The notes: generated by a model not told the origin, from the sequence alone. Counted from the first letter of the stretch, positions 18,273 through 28,678 are shown. The stretch is DNA of 64,000 nucleotides from a bacterium (GCA_030648265.1 JAUSHX010000013.1:3030-67029), one strand, 5' to 3'. Made by a program: numbers and translations.

Positions 18273-18388
18273 ATTTGTGTACCAATCAACGAATGTATTC
18301 CAATCTACAAATAACTACAAATGTTAAGCCCCGTATATTCGTAACCATTCGTAGTATTCGTATCATTTGTAGATTGGGACATACTTAT
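18273..18388 (-). repeat. Family-2 intercistronic repeat, copy 2
   Basis: CCAATCAACGAATGTATTCCAATCTACAAATAACTACAAATG...TATTCGTAACCATTCGTAGTATTCGTATCATTTGTAGATTGGGAC between sufB and sufD. Confidence 0.75.
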
Positions 18389-19792
18389 TTATCCGAGGGA
18401 ACCTTCCATTTCCAGCTGGATAAGACGATTTAATTCAACGGCATATTCCAACGGGAGCGTTTTTATGACCGGTTCAATGAATCCCTGCACCACCAGATTG
18501 ACCGCTTCCTGCTCGGAGAGCCCGCGGCTCTGGAGGTAAAAGACCTGGTCTGCGGAAATCCGTCCGACTTTCGCCTCGTGTCCGATAGTAACGTCAGATT
18601 CGTTAACAACGATGTTCGGCACCGTATTGGATACCGAAATGTTGTCGGGCATGAGGGCATCGCACTGCACGTGCGAGGCCGCGCCCCGGGCACCTTTCAG
18701 AATTTTGAGCAGACCGCGGTACGTGGAAATCCCTCCGCCGAAACTGATGCTCTTGGAAACGATGGTGGAAGTGGTATTCGGCGCGCAGTGGATGACCTTG
18801 GCACCTGTATCCTTATGCTGGCCGGGCCCTGCGACGGCGATGTTCAAATGTTCGGCGCGCGCGCCACGGCCCTTCAGAATTGAGCACGGATAGAGCATCG
18901 TGGTCTTGCTGCCCAAGCTCCCGCCCACCCATTCCTGAATGCCGTCCTCTTCCACGATTGAGCGCTTCGTATTCAGGTTGTACACATCCTTGCTCCAGTT
19001 CTGGATGGTCGTGTACCGGCATCGCGCTCCTTTTTTCACGAAAATTTCCACCACTGCGGCGTGGAGCGAAGCGGTGTTGTATATCGGCGCGGTGCACCCC
19101 TCTATGTAGTGCACGGAGGCACCCTCATCAACGATGATGAGCGTGTGCTCAAATTGGCCGGAGCCCCTGGCATTCATGCGGAAATAGGTTTGGAGCGGCA
19201 TATCCACCTTCACCCCTTTCGGTACATACAAAAAGCTCCCGCCCGACCACACCGCCCCGTGGAGGGCGGAAAGTTTGTGTTCTTCGGCTTTGACGCACTC
19301 CGTCATAAAATACTTCTTCACCAGTTCCGGATATTTCTGAACCGCCGTGTCAGTATCGCAAAAGATAACGCCCTTATCTTCCCACTTGGAGCGCAGGTTC
19401 TGATAAAAACCTTCCGACTCGTACTGCCCGATGACGCCCGCGAGAAATTCGCGCTCCGCTTGCGGGACGCCGATTTTTTCAAACGTATTTTTTATATCTG
19501 CGGGCACGTCGTTCCACGATTGGTATTTTGCGGGCTCCGTCTTTTGGTAGTAGCGCATTGCTTGGAAATCCAGTTTGCTCAAATCGGGTCCCCATGTGGG
19601 CAGGGGAATTTTCAGGAATTGTTCGTACGACTTCAGGCGAAATTCCCGCATCCACGCAGGCTCGTTCTTTGACTCCGAGATTTGCTCAATAATTTCCCGC
19701 GACAATCCCCTTTCGGTGCGAAAGAGATACCTATCCGTGAGAGCGGCAGAAATTCCCTGGTCCTTTTCTATCACTGATGTGTGCTTTCTCAT
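18389..19792 (-). CDS. sufB: Fe-S cluster assembly protein SufB
   Basis: Full-length SufB motifs, including the C-terminal GHEAKVGRISADQVFYLQSRGL. Confidence 0.9.
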   Translation of the reverse strand: MRKHTSVIEKDQGISAALTDRYLFRTERGLSREIIEQISESKNEPAWMREFRLKSYEQFLKIPLPTWGPDLSKLDFQAMRYYQKTEPAKYQSWNDVPADIKNTFEKIGVPQAEREFLAGVIGQYESEGFYQNLRSKWEDKGVIFCDTDTAVQKYPELVKKYFMTECVKAEEHKLSALHGAVWSGGSFLYVPKGVKVDMPLQTYFRMNARGSGQFEHTLIIVDEGASVHYIEGCTAPIYNTASLHAAVVEIFVKKGARCRYTTIQNWSKDVYNLNTKRSIVEEDGIQEWVGGSLGSKTTMLYPCSILKGRGARAEHLNIAVAGPGQHKDTGAKVIHCAPNTTSTIVSKSISFGGGISTYRGLLKILKGARGAASHVQCDALMPDNISVSNTVPNIVVNESDVTIGHEAKVGRISADQVFYLQSRGLSEQEAVNLVVQGFIEPVIKTLPLEYAVELNRLIQLEMEGSLG

Positions 19793-19793
19793 C

Positions 19794-20606
19794 TTATTTG
19801 ATGTAGTCCCCGTAACCCTTCTTTTCTATGGCAGTCGCGAGCGTACTGGTTCCTGATTTTATGATTTTTCCTTTGTGCATTATGTGGACGCGGTCGGGCT
19901 TAATCCAGCGCAAAATGCGATTGTAGTGCGTGATGATTAGGAGAGTTACTCCGCGCGCGCGGAGTCGGGATATTTGTTTGGCAACAAGTTTGAGCGCGTC
20001 AATATCAAGTCCTGAATCAATTTCATCAATGACGATAAGTTGTGCGGGCAGGAGCGAAAGCTGGAGAATTTCCATTTTCTTTTTTTCTCCTCCGGAAAAC
20101 CCTTCGTTCAGAGAGCACGAGAGAAAATCTTTGGAAATCTTCAAAGTGTTTGCAGTGTCTTTAATTTCCTCCCTGAAATCCGCCATTTTGAAATCCTTGC
20201 CCTTCCCCTTGAAATTGCGGACAGCGGCTGTCAGAAGATTCGTTACTGAAACTCCGGAAACTGTTTGCGGATTCTGGAACGCGAGCAAAACTCCCGCGCG
20301 CGCAATTTCGTCGGTCTTCATCTTGGAAAGCATGTGCTTGCCGAATGTTATTGAGCCGCGGGAAATCTTGTACTGCGGATTCGCGAGCAGTGTGTTTCCG
20401 AGCGTTGACTTGCCGGAGCCGTTCGGCCCCATCAAGACGCAGGTCTGCCCCCTCCGCACGACAAGGTTGATGCCGTTCAAAATAGGATTCCCTGCCCCGC
20501 CGTGCCCCGTAGCCGCTTGCGTGGTACTGGGGTAGCCAGCGCGAAGCCCTGTGGTACTGGGGTTTTCAAGCCGTACATGGAGATTTTTTATAGTGAGGGT
20601 GGACAT
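19794..20606 (-). CDS. sufC: Fe-S cluster assembly ATPase SufC with an in-frame N-terminal insertion of about 25 aa
   Basis: GPNGSGKSTL, LSGGEKKKMEILQL, DEIDSGLDIDAL. The insertion PSTTGLRAGYPSTTQAATGHGGAGN is encoded by tandem CCCCAGTACCAC units at about 20480-20570. Confidence 0.9.
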   Translation of the reverse strand: MSTLTIKNLHVRLENPSTTGLRAGYPSTTQAATGHGGAGNPILNGINLVVRRGQTCVLMGPNGSGKSTLGNTLLANPQYKISRGSITFGKHMLSKMKTDEIARAGVLLAFQNPQTVSGVSVTNLLTAAVRNFKGKGKDFKMADFREEIKDTANTLKISKDFLSCSLNEGFSGGEKKKMEILQLSLLPAQLIVIDEIDSGLDIDALKLVAKQISRLRARGVTLLIITHYNRILRWIKPDRVHIMHKGKIIKSGTSTLATAIEKKGYGDYIK

Positions 20607-20734
20607 AATAATTCATCACTACAGGCCACGCGAGGCCGTATTATGAGGCTCGATTTGCCTGCACACAAGTATTGGCCTTTCCGCAATCTATTGAGCCTTT
20701 CCCACACTCCAAGGGTAATCCTTGGAGTGAGTTG

Positions 20735-21481
20735 TCATGCACGGCTAGCGGGTACAACCCTCTCAATCCATGCAGAAATTAGTGTGGAGGCCACAGGAGA
20801 TTCCCTCACAACGGATTCTGGCTTTACTCCTTCCGGCAAGTAGCCGAATTCTTTGAGACGTGCCGCGAACTTGGAATAATTCACTTCCGGATGAAATTGA
20901 AACGTATACGCTTTCTCGCCATAGCGCAGTGCGCTGAATTTGCATGCACGACCGTCCGCGAGAAGCAATGAACCGGAAGGAAGTACAGTAACAGAGTCTT
21001 TATGTCCGTATTGTGCGACAAAGCTTTTTGGGAAACCATTAAATAGCGGGTCGCCTTCTCCGTCAGGAGTCAAGTTCACTTCATGCGAGCCGACTTTCTT
21101 TTGCTCTAAATCACTCTCAACAACGCCCCCGTGCATCTGCGCAATAATCTGATGTCCGAAACAAATTCCCAAAACGGGAAGATTCTGCGCGAACGCATAC
21201 GTAATAAAGAGACGGGTCCGCGAAAGGATTATCGCCGCCATAATGCGAGCGGGATCTTTTTCTCTCCGTCCACCGTGCAGGTCAAAATCCGAGGAACCGC
21301 CGAATATGGCGCCATCGTATCCGGAGAGCACCTCGTCGGGCATTGTCCATGCCAACCGCTCATCAAGCGCTGAAAGAAACTCAAGCTCCGCAAGCTTACC
21401 AACCGCGCGCCGGAAATTCTCTTGTTCTATGTGAATCATCTCCGGAGTCTGCCGCGATTGAATGAGGAGGATTTTCTTCAC
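20735..21481 (-). CDS. Class I (type 1) glutamine amidotransferase-domain protein
   Basis: Catalytic LPVLGICFGHQ and a C-terminal His/Glu region. Confidence 0.65.
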   Translation of the reverse strand: MKKILLIQSRQTPEMIHIEQENFRRAVGKLAELEFLSALDERLAWTMPDEVLSGYDGAIFGGSSDFDLHGGRREKDPARIMAAIILSRTRLFITYAFAQNLPVLGICFGHQIIAQMHGGVVESDLEQKKVGSHEVNLTPDGEGDPLFNGFPKSFVAQYGHKDSVTVLPSGSLLLADGRACKFSALRYGEKAYTFQFHPEVNYSKFAARLKEFGYLPEGVKPESVVRESPVASTLISAWIERVVPASRA

Positions 21482-21566
21482 TCCTCCACTATACCTCGTG
21501 AGATAACAAGCCCAAATGCCCGTCCATATTTTGCCTCATAGTGCAAAGGAGGGATGTTGCTTTTAA

Positions 21567-22073
21567 TTATTCTTCCTCGTCACGCTCAATGATATGCAAA
21601 GAGTCTTTGCAGAGAGTAAAACACATATCCGGAATAACAATCGTCATATGCTGGACGGATTTGACATACATTCTCCCTTGCTGGACGGTTGCCGAAAATG
21701 GGACGTTCATTTGCGAGAAAGTTTGATGCTCTGGCCGGACACCCTGTACTGAACCCCTGTAATTTAGTGTTGCATTTACCGCATTTCTATTTTCACTTTT
21801 AATGGTCCCCAATTTTGAAGCGGCTTTTTTACATATATCTGCAACCGGCAGATTCTCATTTAATCCTATCTTTGACAACTCTAATGCTAATTCCAACGGA
21901 GAAACAACTACAGTCTTGACTGAACAAGGAATAAAATTTATTTCTTTCTCTGTTATTTGCCTGGTCTCTTTTCTCTCCGGCGTTATATTGCCAGCCGTTG
22001 TCATTACGCCATCTTTAACTTCTTTGAGCTTTGCGATACCGAGCCTCTTGTCTAACTTCTTTTCAGAATCCAT
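21567..22073 (-). CDS. Hypothetical protein, AT-rich (168 aa)
   Basis: ORF only; no recognisable domain; composition differs from neighbouring genes. Confidence 0.3.
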   Translation of the reverse strand: MDSEKKLDKRLGIAKLKEVKDGVMTTAGNITPERKETRQITEKEINFIPCSVKTVVVSPLELALELSKIGLNENLPVADICKKAASKLGTIKSENRNAVNATLNYRGSVQGVRPEHQTFSQMNVPFSATVQQGRMYVKSVQHMTIVIPDMCFTLCKDSLHIIERDEEE

Positions 22074-22088
22074 AACGTCCTAGCTTTC

Positions 22089-23351
22089 CTAAATCAGGAA
22101 AGAGAAAATCGGACTGTCTTTTTCAATGACTTCGTATGACATGCCGATTTTGTCCATACGCTTTAAGAGCGGTTTGAAATCTTCCCTTCTGGCAAGTTCA
22201 ATTCCGATGAGCGCGGGCCCGTTCTCGCGGTTGTTTTTCTTCGTGTACTCAAAAAGTGTGATGTCGTCGGTCGGGCCCAGCGCCTCGTTCAGGTAGCGTT
22301 TAAGCGCTCCGGGACGCTGTGAGAAGTTCACCATAAAGTAATGTTTAAGGCCCTGATACACGAGGCTTCGCTCTATCACTTCCGGATACCGGCTGATGTC
22401 GTTGTTGCCTCCGCTTACGATGCACACAACAGTTTTTCCCTTCAATTCAGGCCCAATCTGGTCAAGTGCGGCGATTGAAAGAGCGCCTGCCGGTTCCGCG
22501 ACAATCCCGTCGCGCTGATAGAGAGAAATCATCGTCTCGCAGACCTTTCCTTCGGGAACGAGAATTAATTTGTCCAGCACCTTTTTGCAAAGCTTGAAAG
22601 TGAGGTCGCCCACGGTCCGCACGGCCGCACCGTCAACGAAAGTGTCCAGTTTCTCCAGAGTAACTACTTTCCCCGCTTTGAGAGCTTGGTCCATGGCCGG
22701 AGCTCCTGCCGGTTCTACCCCGATAATTTTCGTTGAAGGGCTCTTCCACTTAAAGTACGAGCCGAGGCCGGAACATAGTCCTCCGCCACCTATCGGTACG
22801 ACCACATAATCAATTTTTTCTCCGCTCTTGGTGGACAATTGTTCAAGAATCTCCGCGCCGACCGTTCCCTGCCCCGCGATGACGAGCGGGTCGTTGAAGG
22901 GGTGCACAAAAACACGCTTCTTTTTCTGCGCTACGCTTTTTGCTTCCGCGAAAGCTTCGTCAAATGTGTCGCCGTAGAGTTCTATGGTGACATACGGGCC
23001 ACCCAAGCTCCGCACGCGGTCAATTTTTTGGCGCGGCGTATTTCGCGGCATGAAAATAATGCCGTGCGTTTTGAGCGCCTTGCAGCTGAAGGCCACGCCC
23101 TGCGCATGGTTGCCCGCGCTCGCGCACACGACACCCCTCTTTTTTTCCGCCGAGGAGAGCACGCGCATCCTGTTGTACGCTCCGCGCAATTTGTACGAAC
23201 GTACGACCTGCAAATCCTCGCGCTTCAGATAAATCTTCGCGCTAAAGTGCTGGGATAATCCGGCGTGAAATTGCAGAGGTGTTTCATTCACAACGCCCCG
23301 CAAGTGCTCGCGCGCCTCTTCTACAAGCATTGGTTCAAATGTCTTTGCCAT
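22089..23351 (-). CDS. ilvA: Threonine dehydratase (biosynthetic, with C-terminal ACT-like domain)
   Basis: PLP-fold motifs: SYKLRGAYN, VCASAGNHAQGVA, GGGGLCSG. Confidence 0.9.
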   Translation of the reverse strand: MAKTFEPMLVEEAREHLRGVVNETPLQFHAGLSQHFSAKIYLKREDLQVVRSYKLRGAYNRMRVLSSAEKKRGVVCASAGNHAQGVAFSCKALKTHGIIFMPRNTPRQKIDRVRSLGGPYVTIELYGDTFDEAFAEAKSVAQKKKRVFVHPFNDPLVIAGQGTVGAEILEQLSTKSGEKIDYVVVPIGGGGLCSGLGSYFKWKSPSTKIIGVEPAGAPAMDQALKAGKVVTLEKLDTFVDGAAVRTVGDLTFKLCKKVLDKLILVPEGKVCETMISLYQRDGIVAEPAGALSIAALDQIGPELKGKTVVCIVSGGNNDISRYPEVIERSLVYQGLKHYFMVNFSQRPGALKRYLNEALGPTDDITLFEYTKKNNRENGPALIGIELARREDFKPLLKRMDKIGMSYEVIEKDSPIFSFLI

Positions 23352-23374
23352 AATATTAAGGGTTTACGAAACCA

Positions 23375-23752
23375 CTATTTTATAAGGGCCACACAGGAAA
23401 TTTCAATGAGCGCGTTCTTCGGCAATGCTGATACGCCAACTGTGGCGCGAGCTGGTTTGTGCTCGCCAAATGTTTCTGCATACACCTCATTCATGTCTTT
23501 AAAATCATTTATATCGCGCAGGTAGATGTTCACGCTCGCGACCGAATCAAAACCAACTCCCGCGGCTTGAAGAACTTCCTCAAGATTCTTAAATATCTGC
23601 TCGGTCTGCTCTTTGATTCCGCCTTTTACAAACTCCCCCGTTGCGGGGTCAGTAGGAATCTGACCCGAGCAAAAAACCAGATTTCCTGCCACAACCGCCT
23701 GCGAATACGGCCCTATTGCTTTTGGTGCCTTATCTGTGTGAATTGGCTTCAT
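23375..23752 (-). CDS. ridA: RidA/YjgF-family enamine/imine deaminase
   Basis: PKAIGPYSQAV...PARATVGVSALP..ALIEISCVA. Confidence 0.85.
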   Translation of the reverse strand: MKPIHTDKAPKAIGPYSQAVVAGNLVFCSGQIPTDPATGEFVKGGIKEQTEQIFKNLEEVLQAAGVGFDSVASVNIYLRDINDFKDMNEVYAETFGEHKPARATVGVSALPKNALIEISCVALIK

Positions 23753-23912
23753 GTTAGAGATTCTTAGCGAATGATAATGAGATTAGAAGCTCTTACACCC
23801 AGCACCTTTGTTTCATTGAGAAACGAAGGTGCTGGGTCAAGAATATGTAATTCGCTCTGCTCATAACATCTTCTAGACATTACTACAGAGGTTATGCGTT
23901 GACAATGTTTTA
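23753..23912 (-). repeat. Family-1 element, copy 2
   Basis: CATGTTAGAGATTCTTAGCGAATGATAATGAGATTAGAAGCTCTTAC-ACCCAGCACCTTTGTTTCATTGAGAAACGAAGGTGCTGGGT-CAAGAATATGTAATTCGCTCTGCTCATAAC. Fills the trpF-ridA spacer. Confidence 0.85.
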
Positions 23913-24560
23913 TCACTCCTTTCGTTTCGCTCGCTCAATAAACAACTTTACCTTTTCCAAATCTTTTGTTCCATCAGGATTTGATACGCCGGAATTCACA
24001 TCAACCGCGTACGGATTCACGGTTTTGATTGCTTCTTCTACGTTATCGGGATTCAGGCCGCCCGCAAGAATGACGGGAATAGAAATTGATTCAACAATCT
24101 TCCGGCTGATATTCCAGTCGTGCGTACGCCCGGTCCCGCCGCGTACGCCGGTCTCTTTATTGAGCGTGTCCAGCGCGATTGCATCCGCCGCCTTCTCATA
24201 TTTTTTAGCTTCTGCAATAGAGTTTTCATCAGCGACGTTGAGGACTTTCCACACCTGTACTGCTAGTGCCTTTTTGACCTGAAGAATAGTTTCGGGCGTT
24301 GCGTCCCCATAGAGTTGGAGAATCTTGGCGCCTGTCGCTCGCGCAAGTTCTATCAATCGCTCTGATTCCACGACGCTCGTCACCATCACGCTGGATACGG
24401 AGGCCGGAAGCTTCGCGATAATCTTGGCGGCATTCTCCGATTCAAGGGGCGCACGCGCTCCTGTAAGCCCCACGTGGAATCCAAGCGCGTCCGCACCCGC
24501 CGCAAGAGCGGCAAGGGCATCTTCTTCTGAACGAATCCCGCAGATTTTAATTATGGCCAT
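23913..24560 (-). CDS. trpF: Phosphoribosylanthranilate isomerase
   Basis: IKICGIRSEEDA, ADALGFHV, AGGLNPDNV. Confidence 0.85.
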   Translation of the reverse strand: MAIIKICGIRSEEDALAALAAGADALGFHVGLTGARAPLESENAAKIIAKLPASVSSVMVTSVVESERLIELARATGAKILQLYGDATPETILQVKKALAVQVWKVLNVADENSIAEAKKYEKAADAIALDTLNKETGVRGGTGRTHDWNISRKIVESISIPVILAGGLNPDNVEEAIKTVNPYAVDVNSGVSNPDGTKDLEKVKLFIERAKRKE

Positions 24561-24581
24561 GGTACGAGTATACTGTAAAGT

Positions 24582-25382
24582 GTGAGGAAAAACATTAACA
24601 TCTTAGACGAAATAGTGGAAACAAAGTGGATGGAGCTTGAAACTCTGAAAGCAATTCGGCCGCTCAAATCCCTTCAGGAAGAAGCCGGGAATTTTAAGCC
24701 CGAGAAACGCCCGTTCCGCGCACTGTTTGAGAAAGGACGTGTATTGATGGTAGAAATAAAACCACGCTCGCCTTCGGTAGAAAATCTTATCTCGGATTCA
24801 CCGCTCTCAATCGCAGACCTCTATGCAAAAAGCAATGCCGATGTGATTTCGGTCTTGACCGATGCCAAGTATTTCGGCGGTAGTGTTGAACTGCTGCGGC
24901 AGGTGCGCGCACGAGTTCCACAGGCGATTCTCCGCAAAGATTTTATTGTTGATGAATATCAGGTGTATGAAACGTTTCTTTTGCCCGCGGACGCGTATTT
25001 ATTGATTGCATCGCTACTGACGGATAGCGAACTCGCGCATTTAATCAAACTTGGGGCATCGCTCGGATTGGACGCCCTCGTCGAAGTGCGTGATGAAAAA
25101 GATATAGCAAAGGCGCTCCGCGCGGGAGCTTGCATCATAGGAATCAATAATCGCGATTTGATGACTTTCTATACTGATATTTCAGTCACAGAAAAACTTA
25201 TGAAGAGTATGCCGCAGAATACATTTGTCATTAGCGAGTCCGGTATCATGACTCCCAAAGACGCAGAGAGGGTGCGCAAATGCGGTATCAGCGGTATTCT
25301 GGTTGGTACATCAGTACTTCTATCAAAAGACCCTGTCAAAATGATAAACGAATTGAAAGAAGCACTAACCGCGCATGACTAG
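24582..25382 (+). CDS. trpC: Indole-3-glycerol phosphate synthase
   Basis: VEIKPRSPS, LLIASLL, INNRDL. Confidence 0.85.
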   Translation: MRKNINILDEIVETKWMELETLKAIRPLKSLQEEAGNFKPEKRPFRALFEKGRVLMVEIKPRSPSVENLISDSPLSIADLYAKSNADVISVLTDAKYFGGSVELLRQVRARVPQAILRKDFIVDEYQVYETFLLPADAYLLIASLLTDSELAHLIKLGASLGLDALVEVRDEKDIAKALRAGACIIGINNRDLMTFYTDISVTEKLMKSMPQNTFVISESGIMTPKDAERVRKCGISGILVGTSVLLSKDPVKMINELKEALTAHD

Positions 25383-26586
25383 GAGAATCAAGTACGGAGG
25401 GGCATACGTACCGGAGATGCTTTGGGACACGCTCCGCAAGCTTAGTGCGGAATTCGAGAGCGCAAAAAAGGATGCGGGATTTCAGAGCGAGTTCCAAGAC
25501 CTTCTCCGGAATTTCTCTGGTCGTCCGACACCGCTTATCTTCGCCGTGCGCGCAACCAGTGACCTCGGCGGTGCAAAAGTGTACCTTAAAAATGAGGGCG
25601 CCAATCACACCGGCGCGCACAAGATAACGCACTGTCTTGGCCAAGGACTTCTCGCGAAGCGCCTCGGAAAGAAGATGCTCATCGCGGAAACGGGGGCGGG
25701 CCAACACGGCGTGGCTACCGCCACGGTCGCCGCCAAATTGGGCTTGGACTGCGTCGTATTCATGGGAAGCGAAGATATCAAGCGCCAGCGACCCAACGTC
25801 TTTTTGATGGAGCGTCTGGGCACAAAAGTCGTCGCGGTGGAATACGGCAGCAAGACACTCAAAGACGCGGTGAACGAGGCGTTGAAATTCTGGATGGAGC
25901 ATCTGGACGAGGCGCACTACTGCATCGGCTCGGTCTTGGGGCCCGCCCCCTACCCCGAAATGAACCGCTATTTCCAATCAGTCATCGGGCGTGAAATCCG
26001 CGCGGAACTCATAGAGCGCCGGCACAAACTCCCCGACGCAGTCGTTGCCTGCGTCGGCGGCGGCTCCAATGCCATGGGAAGTTTTTATGAATTTATTAAG
26101 GAGAAATCTGTGCGTCTTATCGGCGTGGAGGCAGGAGGCACCGGTACAAAAATGGGAGAACACGCATCGCGCAAAATCGCGGGCGAGCCCGGCATATTTC
26201 AAGGATACAAATCACTCTTCCTCCAGACGGAAGAAGGTCAAATTGCGCCCACGCACTCTATCTCTGCAGGCCTTGATTATCCGGGGGTCGGCCCCGAGCT
26301 CGCAGACCTGTACACGAACGGCCGCGTGGAACTCACATACGCAACGGATGCGGAAGCGGTTTCAGCAGTGGATTACTTCGCGAAGCTAGAGGGTGTTATT
26401 TCCGCGCTTGAGAGCGCGCACGCGCTCGCGGAGGTGCGCAAAATTGCACCGACAATGCCCAAAGACGCAATCGTTGTCGCTACCCTCTCCGGTCGCGGCG
26501 ACAAAGACCTTTTCAACTTCGCCCGCGCGTTCAAAGACGAAAGCTTCCGCGACTTTTTGAAGGATGAATACGACCGCCCATATTAG
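25375..26586 (+). CDS. trpB: Tryptophan synthase beta chain
   Basis: GRPTPL, HTGAHKITH, GGGSNAMG. Confidence 0.95.
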   Translation: MTRRIKYGGAYVPEMLWDTLRKLSAEFESAKKDAGFQSEFQDLLRNFSGRPTPLIFAVRATSDLGGAKVYLKNEGANHTGAHKITHCLGQGLLAKRLGKKMLIAETGAGQHGVATATVAAKLGLDCVVFMGSEDIKRQRPNVFLMERLGTKVVAVEYGSKTLKDAVNEALKFWMEHLDEAHYCIGSVLGPAPYPEMNRYFQSVIGREIRAELIERRHKLPDAVVACVGGGSNAMGSFYEFIKEKSVRLIGVEAGGTGTKMGEHASRKIAGEPGIFQGYKSLFLQTEEGQIAPTHSISAGLDYPGVGPELADLYTNGRVELTYATDAEAVSAVDYFAKLEGVISALESAHALAEVRKIAPTMPKDAIVVATLSGRGDKDLFNFARAFKDESFRDFLKDEYDRPY

Positions 26587-27364
26587 ACATCCGATGTCTA
26601 ACTTTATGAACAAGCTTGACCAACTGTTCGCGGAAAAGAAAAGTGGGCTTTTTATGGCGCACATGATTGCGGGCTATCCAACAATTGAGGATTCGGAAAA
26701 AGTAGCCGAAGCGCTGGCCAAGGGCGGAGCAGACATCATTGAATTGCAAATTCCCTTCTCCGACCCGATGGCCGACGGCCCGGCGATTTCTGTTGCAAGT
26801 GATGAAGCCATTAAGAGTGGCGCGACAGTTGCAAAATCTCTGGCACTTCTTGGAAAAGTGGCGAAGCTTGGAAAGCCGGTGGTGGTGATGACCTATATAA
26901 ATATTCCATTCAGATACGGCATTCCAAAATTTGTGAAAACACTCGCGAAAGCGGGTGCCTCCGCGCTCATCGTCCCCGATTGTCCTTTTGATACCGAAGA
27001 GGGCCGCGAACTTCTTACCGCCTGCAAAGAAAATGATGTGTACCTGATTCCCGTCGTCTCCCCCGGCGTGCCGAAGGAACGCTTGGAGCAACTCGCTAGA
27101 GACGCGTCGGGTTTCGTCTACTGCACCTCGCGCCAAGGCATCACGGGCGCCAACAGCAAATTCGCCAAAGAGCTTTTTGATTTCGTGAAAGAGCTGAAAC
27201 AAGTCTTCAAACTCCCGATAGCCGTCGGCTTCGGCGTAAAATCAAAAGAGGACGTTGCCGAGCTAGCAAAAGTAGCCGACATAGTCATCGCCGGCAGTGT
27301 GTTCATTAACACAGTTAAGAATCGTGGGGATGTCGAAAAATTGACACTCATGTTAACTCGATGA
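26564..27364 (+). CDS. trpA: Tryptophan synthase alpha chain (true start may be the internal Met near 26594)
   Basis: ELQIPFSDPMADGP, AVGFGV. Confidence 0.9.
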   Translation: MNTTAHIRHPMSNFMNKLDQLFAEKKSGLFMAHMIAGYPTIEDSEKVAEALAKGGADIIELQIPFSDPMADGPAISVASDEAIKSGATVAKSLALLGKVAKLGKPVVVMTYINIPFRYGIPKFVKTLAKAGASALIVPDCPFDTEEGRELLTACKENDVYLIPVVSPGVPKERLEQLARDASGFVYCTSRQGITGANSKFAKELFDFVKELKQVFKLPIAVGFGVKSKEDVAELAKVADIVIAGSVFINTVKNRGDVEKLTLMLTR

Positions 27365-28107
27365 AAGAGATCTCGGACGGCAAATTGAAGAGTAACACGC
27401 GGAATCAAGTCGCTCGACAATTACGACATCTCCGCTCCGTAGAAGCGATCGGTGATGCAAAAGACTCCTATGAAATGAATCGTAGCGGTTCTGAGTATAT
27501 CTCCAACTTTAATGGAGTTAAGACGTTGTTCGAGTATACAAAAAAGTTACAGAGCCAGGTTATCCTTGACCTGGGCGCTGGGACGGCTAGGGCCATACGC
27601 GAAATATCAGAGAGTAATTTGGGGAGCGGGCTCGTATTCAGTGCTACGGTCTTAAGACACAGCCCAGAAATCACTAAGTATCTTGGTATAAGCAAGGTGC
27701 ATATTTCTCCTGTGGAAACTTTAAGGGGTGTGGCGGATTCTTCTATCGGATGCGTTTTGGCAAACCTTTCTATTGCTTACAGTGTTTCACCCAATCTCGC
27801 TGTCAAAAGCATTGACAGAGTTTTAGTTCCTGGCGGAGCTTTAAAGGCCGTCTTTCCTTCGCTGACTCAGAGTATTAAACGCGCAGGTGTGCTTCAAGAC
27901 TCTAGGATATTCAAGCTTGAGCTGGAGTCTATCGGATACGATACATACGAGAATCGCGGACCTCAATTAACCGTTCTCCTAGCAGTTAAACCCGGCAAAG
28001 CGATTGAAGGAGCTGCTCAGAACTTGTATTTTGCTGATGAGCTGACGGTATTCGATCAGCTAACGGACTTCGTACGGGATAGAACTACAAACCGCGCTGG
28101 AGGTTAA
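27361..28107 (+). CDS. Class I SAM-dependent methyltransferase-like protein
   Basis: Motif [11 protein letters not shown] and the post-I VLVPGGAL region. Confidence 0.5.
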   Translation: MKEISDGKLKSNTRNQVARQLRHLRSVEAIGDAKDSYEMNRSGSEYISNFNGVKTLFEYTKKLQSQVILDLGAGTARAIREISESNLGSGLVFSATVLRHSPEITKYLGISKVHISPVETLRGVADSSIGCVLANLSIAYSVSPNLAVKSIDRVLVPGGALKAVFPSLTQSIKRAGVLQDSRIFKLELESIGYDTYENRGPQLTVLLAVKPGKAIEGAAQNLYFADELTVFDQLTDFVRDRTTNRAGG

Positions 28108-28247
28108 CCGTTCTGCGCACGGTTGCGCAAAAAGTGATCCATAATGACGAGTGAGGACATCGCATCTACTATCGGGACGGCGCGCGGGAGGACGCATGGG
28201 TCGTGGCGGCCCGAGGCTTCGAGTTTTGCTACACCCGCCTTCTTCAT
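28105..28247 (-). pseudogene. Displaced paralogous copy of the aroC 3' end (intact 47-codon frame [47 protein letters not shown])
   Basis: About 85% nucleotide identity to the aroC 3' end at 28775-28930, which encodes ...[40 protein letters not shown]. Confidence 0.65.
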
Positions 28248-28290
28248 TGGAACCATTCGCGCGAATTAGACAATGCAGAAATGCTCGTTT

Positions 28291-28327
28291 TCTTATTCCA
28301 GTCTTTTGCAAAACACTGGAATAGACA
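28291..28327. repeat. Family-3 palindrome (CCAGTCTTTTGCAAAACACTGG)
   Basis: Third copy of the TTTTGCAAAA-centred palindrome. Confidence 0.6.
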
Positions 28328-28361
28328 TGACGTCAGATATTTCTCTCGTTACTGTCTATTT

Positions 28362-28397
28362 CCTTATATGCTTATTCGCGCGAATAAGCATATAAGG
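28362..28397. promoter_or_regulatory. Perfect 36-bp palindrome CCTTATATGCTTATTCGCGCGAATAAGCATATAAGG (downstream flank of hicB-like gene)
   Basis: Identical copy at 28726-28761 on the other side of the gene. Contains TATAAG. Confidence 0.8.
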
Positions 28398-28405
28398 AAT
28401 AATGC

Positions 28406-28678
28406 TCATGTGAGAACCGGCATTTTACTAGCGCGAGCAGTGAAGCGAAGATTCCCTTCCTTAACGGCCTCCGAAATAATGCGAGCTTCAATTGCTCCTT
28501 CAATACACTCGACAATCATTTCTTTCGCGTGCGATAAATTCTTGCCCCACGAGACGGTTCCCTGCACTTTTGGCGCAGTTGCAACATATCCGCCCATATC
28601 AACTTCCGGCTCAAAAACAGCCTTAAATGAGCCGTATTTCGTTTTTACAATAGCTGTTTTTATAGAGCTCTTTTTCAT
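28406..28678 (-). CDS. HicB-like (UPF0150/DUF1902 RNase-H-fold) antitoxin-family protein; no HicA partner present
   Basis: YGSFKAVFEPEVDMGGYVATAPKVQGTVSWGKNLSHAKEMIVECIEGAIE. TATAGT lies 9 nt upstream of the ATG. Confidence 0.55.
   Translation of the reverse strand: MKKSSIKTAIVKTKYGSFKAVFEPEVDMGGYVATAPKVQGTVSWGKNLSHAKEMIVECIEGAIEARIISEAVKEGNLRFTARASKMPVLT

Noticed and set aside
28060-28311. 83-aa minus-strand ORF across the aroC-tail paralog.
   Set aside because: It is the wrong frame of the duplicated aroC 3' segment. The frame matching AroC ([18 protein letters not shown]…) is a different, 47-codon ORF.
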